DNA from: Fluviibacter phosphoraccumulans
GTDB lineage: Bacteria > Pseudomonadota > Gammaproteobacteria > Burkholderiales > Rhodocyclaceae
Assembly (NCBI RefSeq): GCF_016110345.1
Contig: NZ_AP019011.1
Coordinates: 52,061 to 84,060, forward strand
Reading direction: 5' to 3'
Length of the DNA: 32,000 nucleotides
Part shown: piece by piece, positions 1-8,711 of the stretch
Position numbering within the stretch: position 1 is the stretch's first letter
How the letters are laid out: each line of letters opens with the position of its first letter
Notes under the pieces: model-generated
Seen by the model: the letters and a program-made list of their open reading frames with translations, nothing else
The model's database searches: none
What the model was told of the DNA's origin: nothing
Made by a program: the position numbers and the translations under genes

Positions 1-959
1 TAAAGTCGTGTGCCGGTGTCTACGTCATACATGATGCCGGCAAAACCGATCTTGCCCAGGTAGGGATAAAGCGTACCGTCCGACAGGGTCAGGGTGACAT
101 CCAGTTCAGCCAGCGACGTGTCGTTCAGCTGTTTCTGAGCCAGCAGCTTGTTCAGCGTTAGCACCTGGTCTTCCGATACCGAGAAGTAAGCCCACATCGG
201 ATCCATCTGATTGACCACCGTGAGCTCGGAATTCGGGCTGCCAACCTGCAGATACGTCCCCAGTGCCTGTTTACGCACGGAGGCCAAACCGGAAATCGGC
301 GAGCGGATCGTGCAGTACTCCAGATTCAGCTGGGCTGTTTCCACATTAGCGCGCGCTTGATCAACACCCGCTTGTGCGCGTAGAAAGTTGCCGGTGGCGG
401 TATCCAGATCTTGTTGCGACAGCGCTTTGGCAGCGGCCAGCGGTTTGATTCGGTTGAGCGTCAACGTGGCAGTTCGTAGAGAGGCTTCCTGTGAAACCAT
501 GGCGGCCTTAGCGGCATCGAGTTGGGCAATGAAGGGGCGCTTGTCCATTTCGAACAAGATGTCGCCAGCATTGACCCAGGAGCCTTCCTGGTAGATTTGC
601 TTTTCAAGGAAACCAGAAACGCGTGTGTAGATGGCAACGGATTGGGGGCTACGGGTTTGAGCGACCAGTTGCGATTCCAGTGGCACGGTGAGCGGCTGTA
701 CCTCGATGACGTCAACACCCAGCGCAAAATGCGCTTTCATGTAGGGAATGACCACATCATTTTTGATGACGTGAATAGCAATCAGTACCGCAAATACAAT
801 CGCAGCAGGTTTATGCCAGCGCGGGTTGCGTAGCGTTTTAAGAACATCGTCTTTGGTCAAATGCTGTAGTTTCGACCAGTCAAACTGGCGAATGTTATTG
901 ATCCAAACTTGAACCTGGTTTGTGCAAGAAGCAACCATTGATTTCAGGCGAGACAGCAT
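1..959 (-). CDS. Efflux transporter periplasmic adaptor / membrane-fusion protein (HlyD family), 3' part cut off by the window edge
   Basis: My own minus-strand translation from the ATG at 959-957 is open all the way to position 1: MLSRLKSMVAS...AAIVFAVLIAI (TM anchor)...VIEVQPLTVPLESQLVAQTRSPQSVAIYTRVSGFLEKQIYQEGSWVNAGDILFEMD...AQLNLEYCTIRSPISGL. This is the biotinyl-lipoyl/coiled-coil hairpin pattern typical of MFP adaptors. It is absent from the ORF track because no stop lies inside the window. Confidence 0.7.
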   Translation of the reverse strand, partial: MLSRLKSMVASCTNQVQVWINNIRQFDWSKLQHLTKDDVLKTLRNPRWHKPAAIVFAVLIAIHVIKNDVVIPYMKAHFALGVDVIEVQPLTVPLESQLVAQTRSPQSVAIYTRVSGFLEKQIYQEGSWVNAGDILFEMDKRPFIAQLDAAKAAMVSQEASLRTATLTLNRIKPLAAAKALSQQDLDTATGNFLRAQAGVDQARANVETAQLNLEYCTIRSPISGLASVRKQALGTYLQVGSPNSELTVVNQMDPMWAYFSVSEDQVLTLNKLLAQKQLNDTSLAELDVTLTLSDGTLYPYLGKIGFAGIMYDVDTGTRL

Positions 960-970
960 AGATGCACCAT

Positions 971-1005
971 ATAAACGAAATAAGCGGCAACGCAATGGTT
1001 GCCGC
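971..1005 (-). terminator. Rho-independent terminator downstream of the GltS-like gene
   Basis: Perfect 8-bp stem gcggcaac (984-991) / gttgccgc (998-1005) with a 6-nt loop. On the minus strand it is followed by a U-rich stretch (ttatttcgttt). Confidence 0.5.
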
Positions 1006-1027
1006 TGAAAAATGAATTAACTATACC

Positions 1028-2740
1028 TTAGTTATTGAATTTTTTTGTTTCGTGCCAGACAGTTGGATCAGCATGCTGCCAGGCAATACCGAGCCCCGGA
1101 ACATACTGATCGAGTTTTGCGGCAGCCTCTTCGCCAAGCAAATCACCCTTGCGCAGATTAAGGAGCGCATGCGCCAGATTTTCCGGGCGCCCAGAGATGC
1201 CGCGGACCAGAATTCGGCTGGGTGTTACCTGGCGGGTGTGCGTTAGACCCGTTGCGCCAAGGAGTTCACAAACACCCATGATGGTATTGCGGTGAAAGTT
1301 AGCAACGCGCACCCCTTTGTCGGCCGGATCCAGCGCTTGCTGTCGACTTGGATCCTGTGTGGCAACGCCAGTAGGGCAGCGATTGGTGTCGCACGTCCTT
1401 GATTGAATACAGCCCAGAGCGAACATGAAGCCGCGGGCGGAATTGGCCCAATCTGCGCCAAGAGCACAGACCCGCATGATGTCAAAGGCGGAGATGATTT
1501 TGCCGGAAGCACCGATCCGAATTTCATCACGGAGCCCGGCACCCACCAGACTGGCGTGAACCAGCCGCAAGGCATCCCGCAGCGGCATGCCGATGTGATC
1601 GGCAAACTCCACGGGAGCGGCGCCGGTGCCGCCTTCGCTACCATCGACAACAATAAAGTCTGGTCGGATCCCCGAGGCCAGCATTGCTTTGACCAAGGCA
1701 AACCATTCCGTCATGCGGCCAATGCATAGCTTAAACCCCACCGGCTTACCGTTAGAGAGACGGCGGAGCTTCTGGATAAACTGCAGCAGTTCCAGCGGTG
1801 TCTTGAAGGCACTGTGATCCGCTGGGGAGATGCAGTCCTGATCCATCGGTATGCCGCGCGTCCGGGCAATTTCCGGTGTGATTTTGGCGGCCGGTAGTAC
1901 GCCGCCATGCGCGGGTTTGGCACCTTGTGATAACTTGATTTCAATCATTTTTATCTGCGGCCGCGCCGCCACTTCGGCGAAGCGCTCTGGGTCGAAGCGG
2001 CCCTCTTTGGTGCGACATCCGAAATAGCCAGACCCAATCTCCCAGATCAGATCGCCACCGTGCCGCTCGTGGAATGCCGACACGGAACCCTCCCCGGTGT
2101 CATGGGCAAAACCACCCATGTGTGCGCCCTTGTTCAGTGCCATGATGGCATTGGCGGAAAGCGAGCCGTAGCTCATGGCAGAAATGTTAAAAATAGACAG
2201 GCTGTAGGGTTGCGTGCAGTCAGCCCCGCCGACCATGACGCGCAGCGTGGCCGGGTCCGGGTGTGGAATCGGGGCCAGCGACTGCATCAGCCACTCATAA
2301 CCGGTTTGGTACGGGTCGATAATTGAGCCGAAGGCCTGCGTAGCCGGTAGATTTTTGGCGCGACGGTAAACCAGTACCCGTTGCTGATACGAAAAGGGTA
2401 CTTTGTCGCGATCAGATTCAATCAGGTACTGTCGTATTTCCGGGCGGAATTTCTCAAAAACAAAGCGGATGTGTCCCGAAACTGGGTAATTTCTCAGAAT
2501 GGCATGCCGGGTCTGGCGCACATCATGTAGGCCAAGCAACGCCAGCCCGGAAAAGAGCAGAAGCATGGACCAGTCGAGCGCCCCGGGCATAAAGGACTCA
2601 AACAAGGCTTCTAATGAGTCCACGGACAGTCTGGGCAGCTGCACCACCAGAATGTCTTGCAGAAAAAATAGCGACAGCGCAATGCACAGGAGCCAGGGAA
2701 TATATCGTCCCGGAAACGGTTTTAAATGCATGATGGTCAT
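1028..2740 (-). CDS. FMN-binding glutamate synthase family protein (GltS FMN-domain-like) with an N-terminal membrane anchor
   Basis: 570-aa ORF. The N-terminal segments are hydrophobic (WLLCIALSLFFL, LLLFSGLALLGL). The core carries GltS FMN-domain motifs (KLSQGAKPAHGG, VVDGSEGGTGAAP, CIQSRTCDTNRCPTGVATQD). Confidence 0.85.
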   Translation of the reverse strand: MTIMHLKPFPGRYIPWLLCIALSLFFLQDILVVQLPRLSVDSLEALFESFMPGALDWSMLLLFSGLALLGLHDVRQTRHAILRNYPVSGHIRFVFEKFRPEIRQYLIESDRDKVPFSYQQRVLVYRRAKNLPATQAFGSIIDPYQTGYEWLMQSLAPIPHPDPATLRVMVGGADCTQPYSLSIFNISAMSYGSLSANAIMALNKGAHMGGFAHDTGEGSVSAFHERHGGDLIWEIGSGYFGCRTKEGRFDPERFAEVAARPQIKMIEIKLSQGAKPAHGGVLPAAKITPEIARTRGIPMDQDCISPADHSAFKTPLELLQFIQKLRRLSNGKPVGFKLCIGRMTEWFALVKAMLASGIRPDFIVVDGSEGGTGAAPVEFADHIGMPLRDALRLVHASLVGAGLRDEIRIGASGKIISAFDIMRVCALGADWANSARGFMFALGCIQSRTCDTNRCPTGVATQDPSRQQALDPADKGVRVANFHRNTIMGVCELLGATGLTHTRQVTPSRILVRGISGRPENLAHALLNLRKGDLLGEEAAAKLDQYVPGLGIAWQHADPTVWHETKKFNN

Positions 2741-2815
2741 GTTTATCCGGATAATGATGTTTGTTCGCGATTGAGCTTAATAGCGACATATTACAATTGA
2801 CGCGGTATATCTAAA

Positions 2816-3070
2816 GTGATGAATGAATTTGCACACCGGTTGTATCTGACCAATATTCCCCCAGAGGTTACAGAAGCGGAAATCCGCGCCCTGGTCTTCA
2901 AATACACCCGCCAGGAGCCGGTGGACTTCAAGCGTGTTGACGAAGTCAGCGAGCATCCCGTCTATGTGCTCAGCTTCAATGGCTTGCTGGATGGCGAGCT
3001 CCAGGAGATTGTTTCACGTCTCCATGATCTGTACTGGCACGAACACCATATCGTCGCCCACGTTATTTAA
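2816..3070 (+). CDS. Small RRM-like (RNP2-type) protein, function unknown
   Basis: 84-aa ORF (GTG 2816 or ATG 2819). [20 protein letters not shown] resembles the RNP2 strand and first helix of an RRM fold. No clear RNP1 motif is present. Confidence 0.5.
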   Translation: MMNEFAHRLYLTNIPPEVTEAEIRALVFKYTRQEPVDFKRVDEVSEHPVYVLSFNGLLDGELQEIVSRLHDLYWHEHHIVAHVI

Positions 3071-3126
3071 GTGCGGATGGATTAAAATACGTTCGATATC
3101 TAACATTCGGCAACACAAGGAATTTC

Positions 3127-4218
3127 ATGAGTCTCAAATGCGGCATCGTCGGCCTGCCTAACGTCGGCAAATCTACTCTGTTTAACGCGCTGACCAAGGC
3201 AGGCATCGCCGCCGAAAATTATCCGTTCTGCACCATTGAACCCAATGTGGGCATTGTTGAAGTGCCGGATCCCCGTCTGGATGCCTTATCGGAAATCGTC
3301 AAGCCGCAACGTGTGCAGCCAGCCATTGTTGAATTCGTGGATATCGCCGGACTTGTGGCGGGTGCCTCCAAAGGCGAAGGTCTGGGCAATCAGTTTTTGG
3401 CCAACATTCGGGAAACCGATGCAGTCGTTAATGTCGTGCGTTGTTTTGATGATGAAAACGTCGTGCATGTATCAGGTCGGGTTGATCCGATCGCGGATAT
3501 TGAAACGATTGTGACCGAACTGGCGCTGGCCGATCTGGCCGTCGTTGAGCGGACGATGAATCGCGATGGCAAGAAAGCCAAGTCAGGCGATAAAGATGCG
3601 CAAAAGCTGGTCGCTATTCTTGAAAAACTGCTGCCGCACCTGAATGAAGGCAAACCGGCAAGAACCATGGGTTTGTCTGATGAAGAGAAGCTGGTGCTCA
3701 AGCCGCTGTGTCTGCTGACGATCAAGCCGGCCATGTATGTGGGTAACGTGCTTGAAGATGGCTTTGAAAACAACCCGTTCCTTGATCGCCTGCGTGAGTT
3801 TGCAGCGCAGGAAGGTGCGCCGGTTGTTGCCGTGTGTGCCAAGCTCGAAGCCGAGTTGGCTGATCTGGATGACGAAGACAAGCAAGCCTTCATGGCGGAT
3901 CTGGGGCTGGAGGAGCCGGGTCTTAACCGCGTGATTCGTGCTGGTTATGACCTGCTGGGTCTGCAAACTTACTTTACGGCGGGTGTGAAGGAAGTCCGGG
4001 CCTGGACGATTCACAAGGGCGATACCGGTCCGCAAGCGGCCGGGGTGATTCACACCGACTTCGAAAAAGGCTTCATTCGCGCCCAGACCATTGCTTTTGC
4101 TGACTTCATTGCCTACAAGGGTGAGCAAGGCGCTAAAGAAGCCGGCAAGATGCGTGCAGAAGGCAAAGAGTACGTCGTGCAGGATGGTGACGTCCTTAAT
4201 TTCCTCTTCAACGTCTGA
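3127..4218 (+). CDS. ychF: Redox-regulated ribosome-binding ATPase YchF
   Basis: 363 aa. The N-terminus [23 protein letters not shown] (P-loop), [27 protein letters not shown] and the C-terminal TGS-like [15 protein letters not shown] match YchF/OLA1 end to end. Confidence 0.95.
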   Translation: MSLKCGIVGLPNVGKSTLFNALTKAGIAAENYPFCTIEPNVGIVEVPDPRLDALSEIVKPQRVQPAIVEFVDIAGLVAGASKGEGLGNQFLANIRETDAVVNVVRCFDDENVVHVSGRVDPIADIETIVTELALADLAVVERTMNRDGKKAKSGDKDAQKLVAILEKLLPHLNEGKPARTMGLSDEEKLVLKPLCLLTIKPAMYVGNVLEDGFENNPFLDRLREFAAQEGAPVVAVCAKLEAELADLDDEDKQAFMADLGLEEPGLNRVIRAGYDLLGLQTYFTAGVKEVRAWTIHKGDTGPQAAGVIHTDFEKGFIRAQTIAFADFIAYKGEQGAKEAGKMRAEGKEYVVQDGDVLNFLFNV

Positions 4219-4226
4219 TAGCCGCT

Positions 4227-4799
4227 ATGACCAAATTACTTACCGCGTTAGCCGTTTTTCTTTGTCTGACCCAACCTGCGCAAGCGGCGTTTTATGACAG
4301 CAAAACCGTGGCACAACAGCGTGCCGACATTCTCAAAACCAACGATCAAACGCTGCAACGTCTTTATCGACTGGAGCCGCACGCGCGTGAACTGGTGGAT
4401 AAATCGGCGGGATATGCCACGTTTAGCAACTTCGGCATGAAGATTTTTATCGCCGGCGGTGGTTCGGGTTCAGGTGTGGTGTTCCGTAAGGGTGAAGCGA
4501 AACCTGTTTTCATGAAGATGGTAGAAGTGCAGGCCGGCCTGGGTATTGGCATCAAATCCTTCAACGTCATCTTTGTGTTTGAGAATGAAAAAGCGCTCAA
4601 CAGTTTCATCAACTCTGGCTGGGAATTCGGTGGGCAGGCAACTGCCGCTGCCAAGTATGAAAACAATGGCGGCTCCTACCAAGGCGCGACGAACGTGTCT
4701 GACGGTGTTTGGATGTATCAACTCACCGACTCCGGGCTTGCTGCTGAAATTACGGCCAAGGGCACCAAGTATTATCAGGACACGGACCTGAATAAATAA
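4227..4799 (+). CDS. Secreted SYLF (YSC84-like, DUF500) domain protein
   Basis: 190 aa. Signal peptide MTKLLTALAVFLCLTQPAQA|AF, followed by glycine-rich SYLF-type blocks (FIAGGGSGSGVV, QAGLGIGIKSF, GWEFGGQATAA). Confidence 0.7.
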   Translation: MTKLLTALAVFLCLTQPAQAAFYDSKTVAQQRADILKTNDQTLQRLYRLEPHARELVDKSAGYATFSNFGMKIFIAGGGSGSGVVFRKGEAKPVFMKMVEVQAGLGIGIKSFNVIFVFENEKALNSFINSGWEFGGQATAAAKYENNGGSYQGATNVSDGVWMYQLTDSGLAAEITAKGTKYYQDTDLNK

Positions 4800-4829
4800 C
4801 CCCGGCCTTATCCCTTGCGCGGCGGGCGC

Positions 4830-5783
4830 ATGCGTGCCTCTCTGACGTCTCAACCGAGAATCGGGCGTTTTGCGCCATCGCCGACCGGGCCGCTGCATTT
4901 CGGGTCACTAGTGGCGGCAGTCGCCAGCTACTTAGAGGCCAGAGATGGGCAGTGGTTGTTACGTATTGAAGACGTCGATCGGCCGCGCGCTGTGGCCGGT
5001 ATGGCAGCCCTGCAACAAGAGATGCTGCAGGCTTATGGCTTTGAGTGGGAAGGGGCAGTCATTCAGCAGTCCGACCGGGCGGCACTCTACGACGCAGCAT
5101 TAACAAAGCTTATTGCGGCTAATCTGGCTTACCCCTGCACCTGCAGTCGCAGTGCTTTGGCGGCTTATCCAGATTCTCGAATCGGTGTGGATGGCGCGCG
5201 GGTTTATCCCGGCATCTGTCAGCATTGGCAGCATGGAGACCCGATACCAGAGGGGGCTGCGTGGCGGTTCCGCGTCGGTGGCGTCAATGCGCCCGATTGG
5301 GTTTTCGTCGACCAGGTTCAGGGCACCTTTAGCCAGCAGTTGGCGCGCGACGTGGGCGACTTTGTGTTGCGTCGCGCAGATGGCTGTACCACCTACCAAT
5401 TGGCGGTAGTCGTTGATGATCTGGCACAAGGCGTGACGCAGGTGGTGCGTGGCGCCGATTTGCTGGATTCAACGCTGCGACAGATGGCCCTGATCACCGC
5501 GTTGGGCGGGCAAGTGCCAGACTACGCGCATGTTCCCGTGGCGGTTAATGCAGCGGGAGAGAAGCTATCCAAGCAGACTTTGGCGCCGACGCTATCGGTC
5601 GCTTCAGAGGCTGAACGCGTTGGTGCGTTGTGGTCCGTGCTCAGTTTTCTGGGGCAGGCTCCGCCCGATGCATTGTTGCGGGCGAGCCAGGCTGAGTTGT
5701 GGGCCTGGGCCAAAACGCACTGGTTATTGGATCGAGTGCCCAAACAGCGCAGCATGATGGTGCCGACTTTGCGCGCGCTCTAG
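4830..5783 (+). CDS. gluQ: tRNA glutamyl-Q(34) synthetase (GluQRS)
   Basis: GRFAPSPTGPLHFGSLVAAVASYL...LLRIEDVD is a class I HIGH-type motif, and the cysteine cluster YPCTCSR...YPGICQ is typical of GluQRS. The length is right for the truncated GluRS paralogue. The ORF track starts at TTG 4815; ATG 4830 is more likely. Confidence 0.9.
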   Translation: MRASLTSQPRIGRFAPSPTGPLHFGSLVAAVASYLEARDGQWLLRIEDVDRPRAVAGMAALQQEMLQAYGFEWEGAVIQQSDRAALYDAALTKLIAANLAYPCTCSRSALAAYPDSRIGVDGARVYPGICQHWQHGDPIPEGAAWRFRVGGVNAPDWVFVDQVQGTFSQQLARDVGDFVLRRADGCTTYQLAVVVDDLAQGVTQVVRGADLLDSTLRQMALITALGGQVPDYAHVPVAVNAAGEKLSKQTLAPTLSVASEAERVGALWSVLSFLGQAPPDALLRASQAELWAWAKTHWLLDRVPKQRSMMVPTLRAL

Positions 5784-5827
5784 GCTTGTTTACATGCGCT
5801 TAACTTGATTTCCATGGGTGTCTACCG

Positions 5828-5859
5828 CTTTTGCATGGATATTTCGGTACTTTTGCATG
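5828..5859 (+). promoter_or_regulatory. Two perfect 10-bp direct repeats (cttttgcatg) 22 bp apart, upstream of porin 1
   Basis: cttttgcatg occurs at 5828-5837 and 5850-5859, about two helical turns apart and about 110-140 bp upstream of the porin start region. This is a candidate regulator binding pair. Confidence 0.3.
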
Positions 5860-5965
5860 AGATTTACCCGCTGCGGGGTGGTCAATCCACCTCAGAGGCC
5901 CTTGAGAAGGACGAGTAGACTGATATCTAATTGATATTAAGATAATTTTTCGGCTTGGCCGAAAC

Positions 5966-7297
5966 ATGTAAAAGAAACTAATCGCTCTGGCAGTTGCTGG
6001 TCTGTCGACCGCTGCCTTCGCACAAACCAACGTCACCATCTACGGTGTTGCTGACGTTTCGGCTCAAGGCACCAACATGGGTAAGGGCTCGGCACTGGGC
6101 GCAAATCCAGCTGACGGCGGAGCTTTCAATCTGAAGTCGAACAGCTCGCTGATCGGTTTCAAGGGTACCGAAGATCTGGGCAACGGCCTCAAGGCTCTGT
6201 TCCAGATCGAAACTAACGTAAACGTAACAGGCGGCGGTACTGGCCCAGTTGCCAATACTGGTAACAGCGCTTTTGGTTCGCTGCGTGACACGTATGTTGG
6301 CGTAAGCAGCAAGTACGGTACAGCCATGGGCGGCTATCTGTCGACCCCGTTCCGATCGACGTTGACCTCGTTTGACGTGATGCCAGGTGCTACCGGTGAC
6401 GGTCGTATCGAAAACCTCATGGGCAACATGCGCATGACGGGCTCGGCTCTGGGCTACGCAGCTAACACGGGTTATCTGCAAGCATCTTCGTCGGTTCGTG
6501 CAACGGCTCTGGCCTATGCTCTGCCGACTCTGTACGGTTTCAATGGTTCGATCGCCTACACGGGCTCGAACAATAACGGTTCGACCAACCAGACTACGGT
6601 TGGTCCTGTGACCGAAAATTCTACAGGCACTTCGATCACCAGCCAAACCGTAGCTGCTCCTCAGTCGGCATTGTCGATGAATCTGGGTTGGACCGGTTAT
6701 GGTGTGAACGTTGCTGGTGCTTTCCAGCAAGCCAAGGTGAATAACTCGTTTACGTACAGCGGTCCTGTGACTGTTAGTGGCACTGATCCTGTGACTGGCG
6801 TCACTGGCAATACAAGTGTTACTGCTAATGGCTCGGGTACGCTGAATGCTCAAACTTACACCAGCTACCTGATCGGTGCTTCGTACACCGGCCTGCCAGG
6901 TCTGAAGGCTTCGGTTGTTTACAACCGTAACACCCTGAGCACCAACAACCCGAACACTAACTCGCTGCTGAACGGCGCAAGCAAGATCTCCAACAATGGT
7001 ATCTATGTTGGTGCTTCGTACCGTTTTGGCAACAACGAGCCGCGTCTGTCGTATGCAAACCTGAGCAACACCACGGGTGCTAACAGTGCATACTACGGTG
7101 GCCAGGATGGTGCTAACCAGTGGACGGCTAACTGGGGCTACTACCTGAGCAAGCGTACGCAGGTTTACGGTCTGGTTTCGTACCTGAAGAACAATGCTAA
7201 CTCGAACTACAGCATGGCGTCTGGTGGTACTTCGATTCAGCCGACTGCTGGTCAGAACCTCACCACCTACGGTGTCGGTATGCGCACCAACTTCTAA
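5966..7297 (+). CDS. General outer-membrane porin (Gram-negative porin family), copy 1; anomalous start (ATG-TAA, then signal peptide)
   Basis: The ORF track gives 6077..7297, but the frame is open back to 5972. That stretch encodes KKLIALAVAGLSTAAFA|QTNVTIYGVADVSAQG, a signal peptide plus the first beta strand. The body has alternating beta-strand patterns and the C-terminus is TYGVGMRTNF. The ATG at 5966 is followed in frame by TAA at 5969. Confidence 0.85.
5999..6079 (+). repeat. 81-bp 5' homology block shared with porin 2 (12794-12874), 1 mismatch
   Basis: Direct comparison of ggtctgtcgaccgctgc[c/t]ttcgcacaaaccaacgtcaccatctacggtgttgctgacgtttcggctcaaggcaccaacatg in both copies. Confidence 0.9.
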
Positions 7298-7360
7298 TCA
7301 GTTAGTTTCCTGATTTAGAGTGAAACGGGAGCCTTCGGGCTCCCGTTTTTATTGGTGCTT
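7281..7360 (+). repeat. Perfect 80-bp direct repeat, left copy (candidate attL): last 6 porin codons, stop and terminator
   Basis: tgcgcaccaacttctaatcagttagtttcctgatttagagtgaaacgggagccttcgggctcccgtttttattggtgctt is identical at 7281-7360 and 13941-14020. Identity stops abruptly on both sides. Confidence 0.9.
7323..7351 (+). terminator. Rho-independent terminator of porin 1
   Basis: aaacgggagcc-ttcg-ggctcccgttt forms an 11-bp GC-rich stem, followed by a T run. Confidence 0.85.
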
Positions 7361-7362
7361 TG

Positions 7363-8688
7363 TCAGCGTAATGGTTCGATCTTGAAGTAATCACCAGTGT
7401 CTCGACCCATGTGCCAGTTCGCCAACAATTCCTCACGATGTATTTCAACCCACGCATTCGCCAGCAGCTGCTTGTTGGTAGGTAGCTGCCCATAAACTGT
7501 CTCGCTGGTTTCAATATTCATCATCAGTTCGTGACCCTGGTATTGCAGCAATAACGTGGGCGTTTCAACGTGCTGCGGGATATTGGTAGAGAAAGCAGCC
7601 ACCAGCCCGTAAAACGCTGAGACAATTTGTTGATCAGTCGCTACACGTCTTTTGATAAGCGGTTTGACGAACAAATGGCTGAGATCGATACCAGCTACAT
7701 CAAAGTGCATCATTGCTTCAAACAGTGGCTGGAGCGGATACTGCTCGTTGCCATACTTTCGACCGGCTGAACTATTGGTATGACCCGTCAGCGCATCATG
7801 AACCGCTTCTTCAATCCCCATCTGCCGGCAACAGTCTTTAAACGTATGGCGGAAGCTATGAAATACTTTTCTGGGGTCAGTGATTTTCAGGGTATTGCGC
7901 AGCCAAAGCGAGAACCAAGTGCTGAAATAGCCCGCCAGCTTGCCGCGTGGATTCGGCTTGAGATGCGGAAACAACAAGCGGTCTGGCTCTCCTTTTGCCA
8001 CATAGTCGATAAAGCCACACGCCAAAAGGACTGGGTGGACAGGTATGCGACGACGCGATGATGGATTTTTCAACTTGGCATGGGCTGCTTCGTCCGTAAT
8101 GTTCAAATAGTGTCCCAGCCCATTCACAAAACGCACATCGCGCACCAACAGCTGCGCCAGCTCTTCAACACGAGCGCCAGTGTAGAGCGCCAGCAATGGC
8201 AGCCAGTATGCCGCCTCATAGCCGCCGCCACGTGGAAGTAATTTCTCGGAATAGACCGGAGAGTTGAAAATCCGATGCAAGTCTTGAGCATCAAACGCCA
8301 CTCGCTGCTTGATAGTGGGTTTGTTCAATGTCTTGATATTTTGAGCGGGATTGTCGTCCATCAACTCATAATCGATCGCCGCTTCAAACAGACGACGGAT
8401 GATGCTGACTTTGTTGATGGTAGTGGTGACGCTATAGCCCTGTTCCAGCAGCGCATCCCGATACATCACGATATCTTTGCGGGTCAATTCAAGCAGCGGT
8501 TTGTAGCGGACAAGCTGGGCAAACTGTTTAAGGTTTTTCCAGTAAGCATCAACGGTCGTCTCGCGGCGCTGCATTGATGACTTCTGCCACAGCGCAAAAA
8601 GCTCTTCGTAAGGCGTCAAACTTAAAATTTTCGTGGATACGACGGACGAAACGATCGGACGAACAGTAACATCAGTCTCACACCACAT
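7363..8688 (-). CDS. Tyrosine site-specific integrase with a C-terminal DUF4160-like extension
   Basis: 441 aa. The N-terminal part is SAM-like/core-binding (YWKNLKQFAQLV...RKDIVMYRDALL). The catalytic residues are R172 (TGARVEE), H277-x-x-R280 (HSFRH), H303 (TGH) and Y312 (RKYG). Residues ~355-441 (IVSAFYG...YQGHELMMNIETSETVYGQLP...AWVEIHREELLANW...FKIEPLR) look like a DUF4160 family protein. Confidence 0.9.
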   Translation of the reverse strand: MWCETDVTVRPIVSSVVSTKILSLTPYEELFALWQKSSMQRRETTVDAYWKNLKQFAQLVRYKPLLELTRKDIVMYRDALLEQGYSVTTTINKVSIIRRLFEAAIDYELMDDNPAQNIKTLNKPTIKQRVAFDAQDLHRIFNSPVYSEKLLPRGGGYEAAYWLPLLALYTGARVEELAQLLVRDVRFVNGLGHYLNITDEAAHAKLKNPSSRRRIPVHPVLLACGFIDYVAKGEPDRLLFPHLKPNPRGKLAGYFSTWFSLWLRNTLKITDPRKVFHSFRHTFKDCCRQMGIEEAVHDALTGHTNSSAGRKYGNEQYPLQPLFEAMMHFDVAGIDLSHLFVKPLIKRRVATDQQIVSAFYGLVAAFSTNIPQHVETPTLLLQYQGHELMMNIETSETVYGQLPTNKQLLANAWVEIHREELLANWHMGRDTGDYFKIEPLR

Positions 8689-8711
8689 CGTTACCTACTC
8701 GACTGTATGAA

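Noticed and set aside
3390-4128. 167-aa and 181-aa minus-strand ORFs inside ychF. Similar internal or antisense ORFs occur in the GltS-like gene, clsB, nadA, glyS, glyQ, lnt and the CDF gene
   Set aside because: All lie within or opposite genes with strong family-level evidence, and none shows independent motifs or plausible start contexts.
5955-5980. Programmed frameshifting as an explanation for the porin ATG-TAA
   Set aside because: In copy 1 a TTG at 5955 opens a short ORF in another frame across T-AAA-AGA-AAC. No slippery heptamer would deliver ribosomes into the porin frame. The corresponding frame in copy 2 is closed by a TAA at 12756. The mechanism cannot be shared by both copies.
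5978-6853. 291-aa ORF antisense to porin 1 (and 13019-13507 / 13601-13915 antisense to porin 2)
   Set aside because: The composition is low-complexity and Arg/Ser/Thr-rich, mirroring the porin codon bias. The porin frame on the plus strand has clear family features.
7368-7380. tRNA-like TpsiC motif (tggttcgatc) next to the att repeat, as a hint of a tRNA target
   Set aside because: It lies inside the integrase coding sequence. No acceptor, D or anticodon arms can be built around it, and no tRNA gene is present at either island end.
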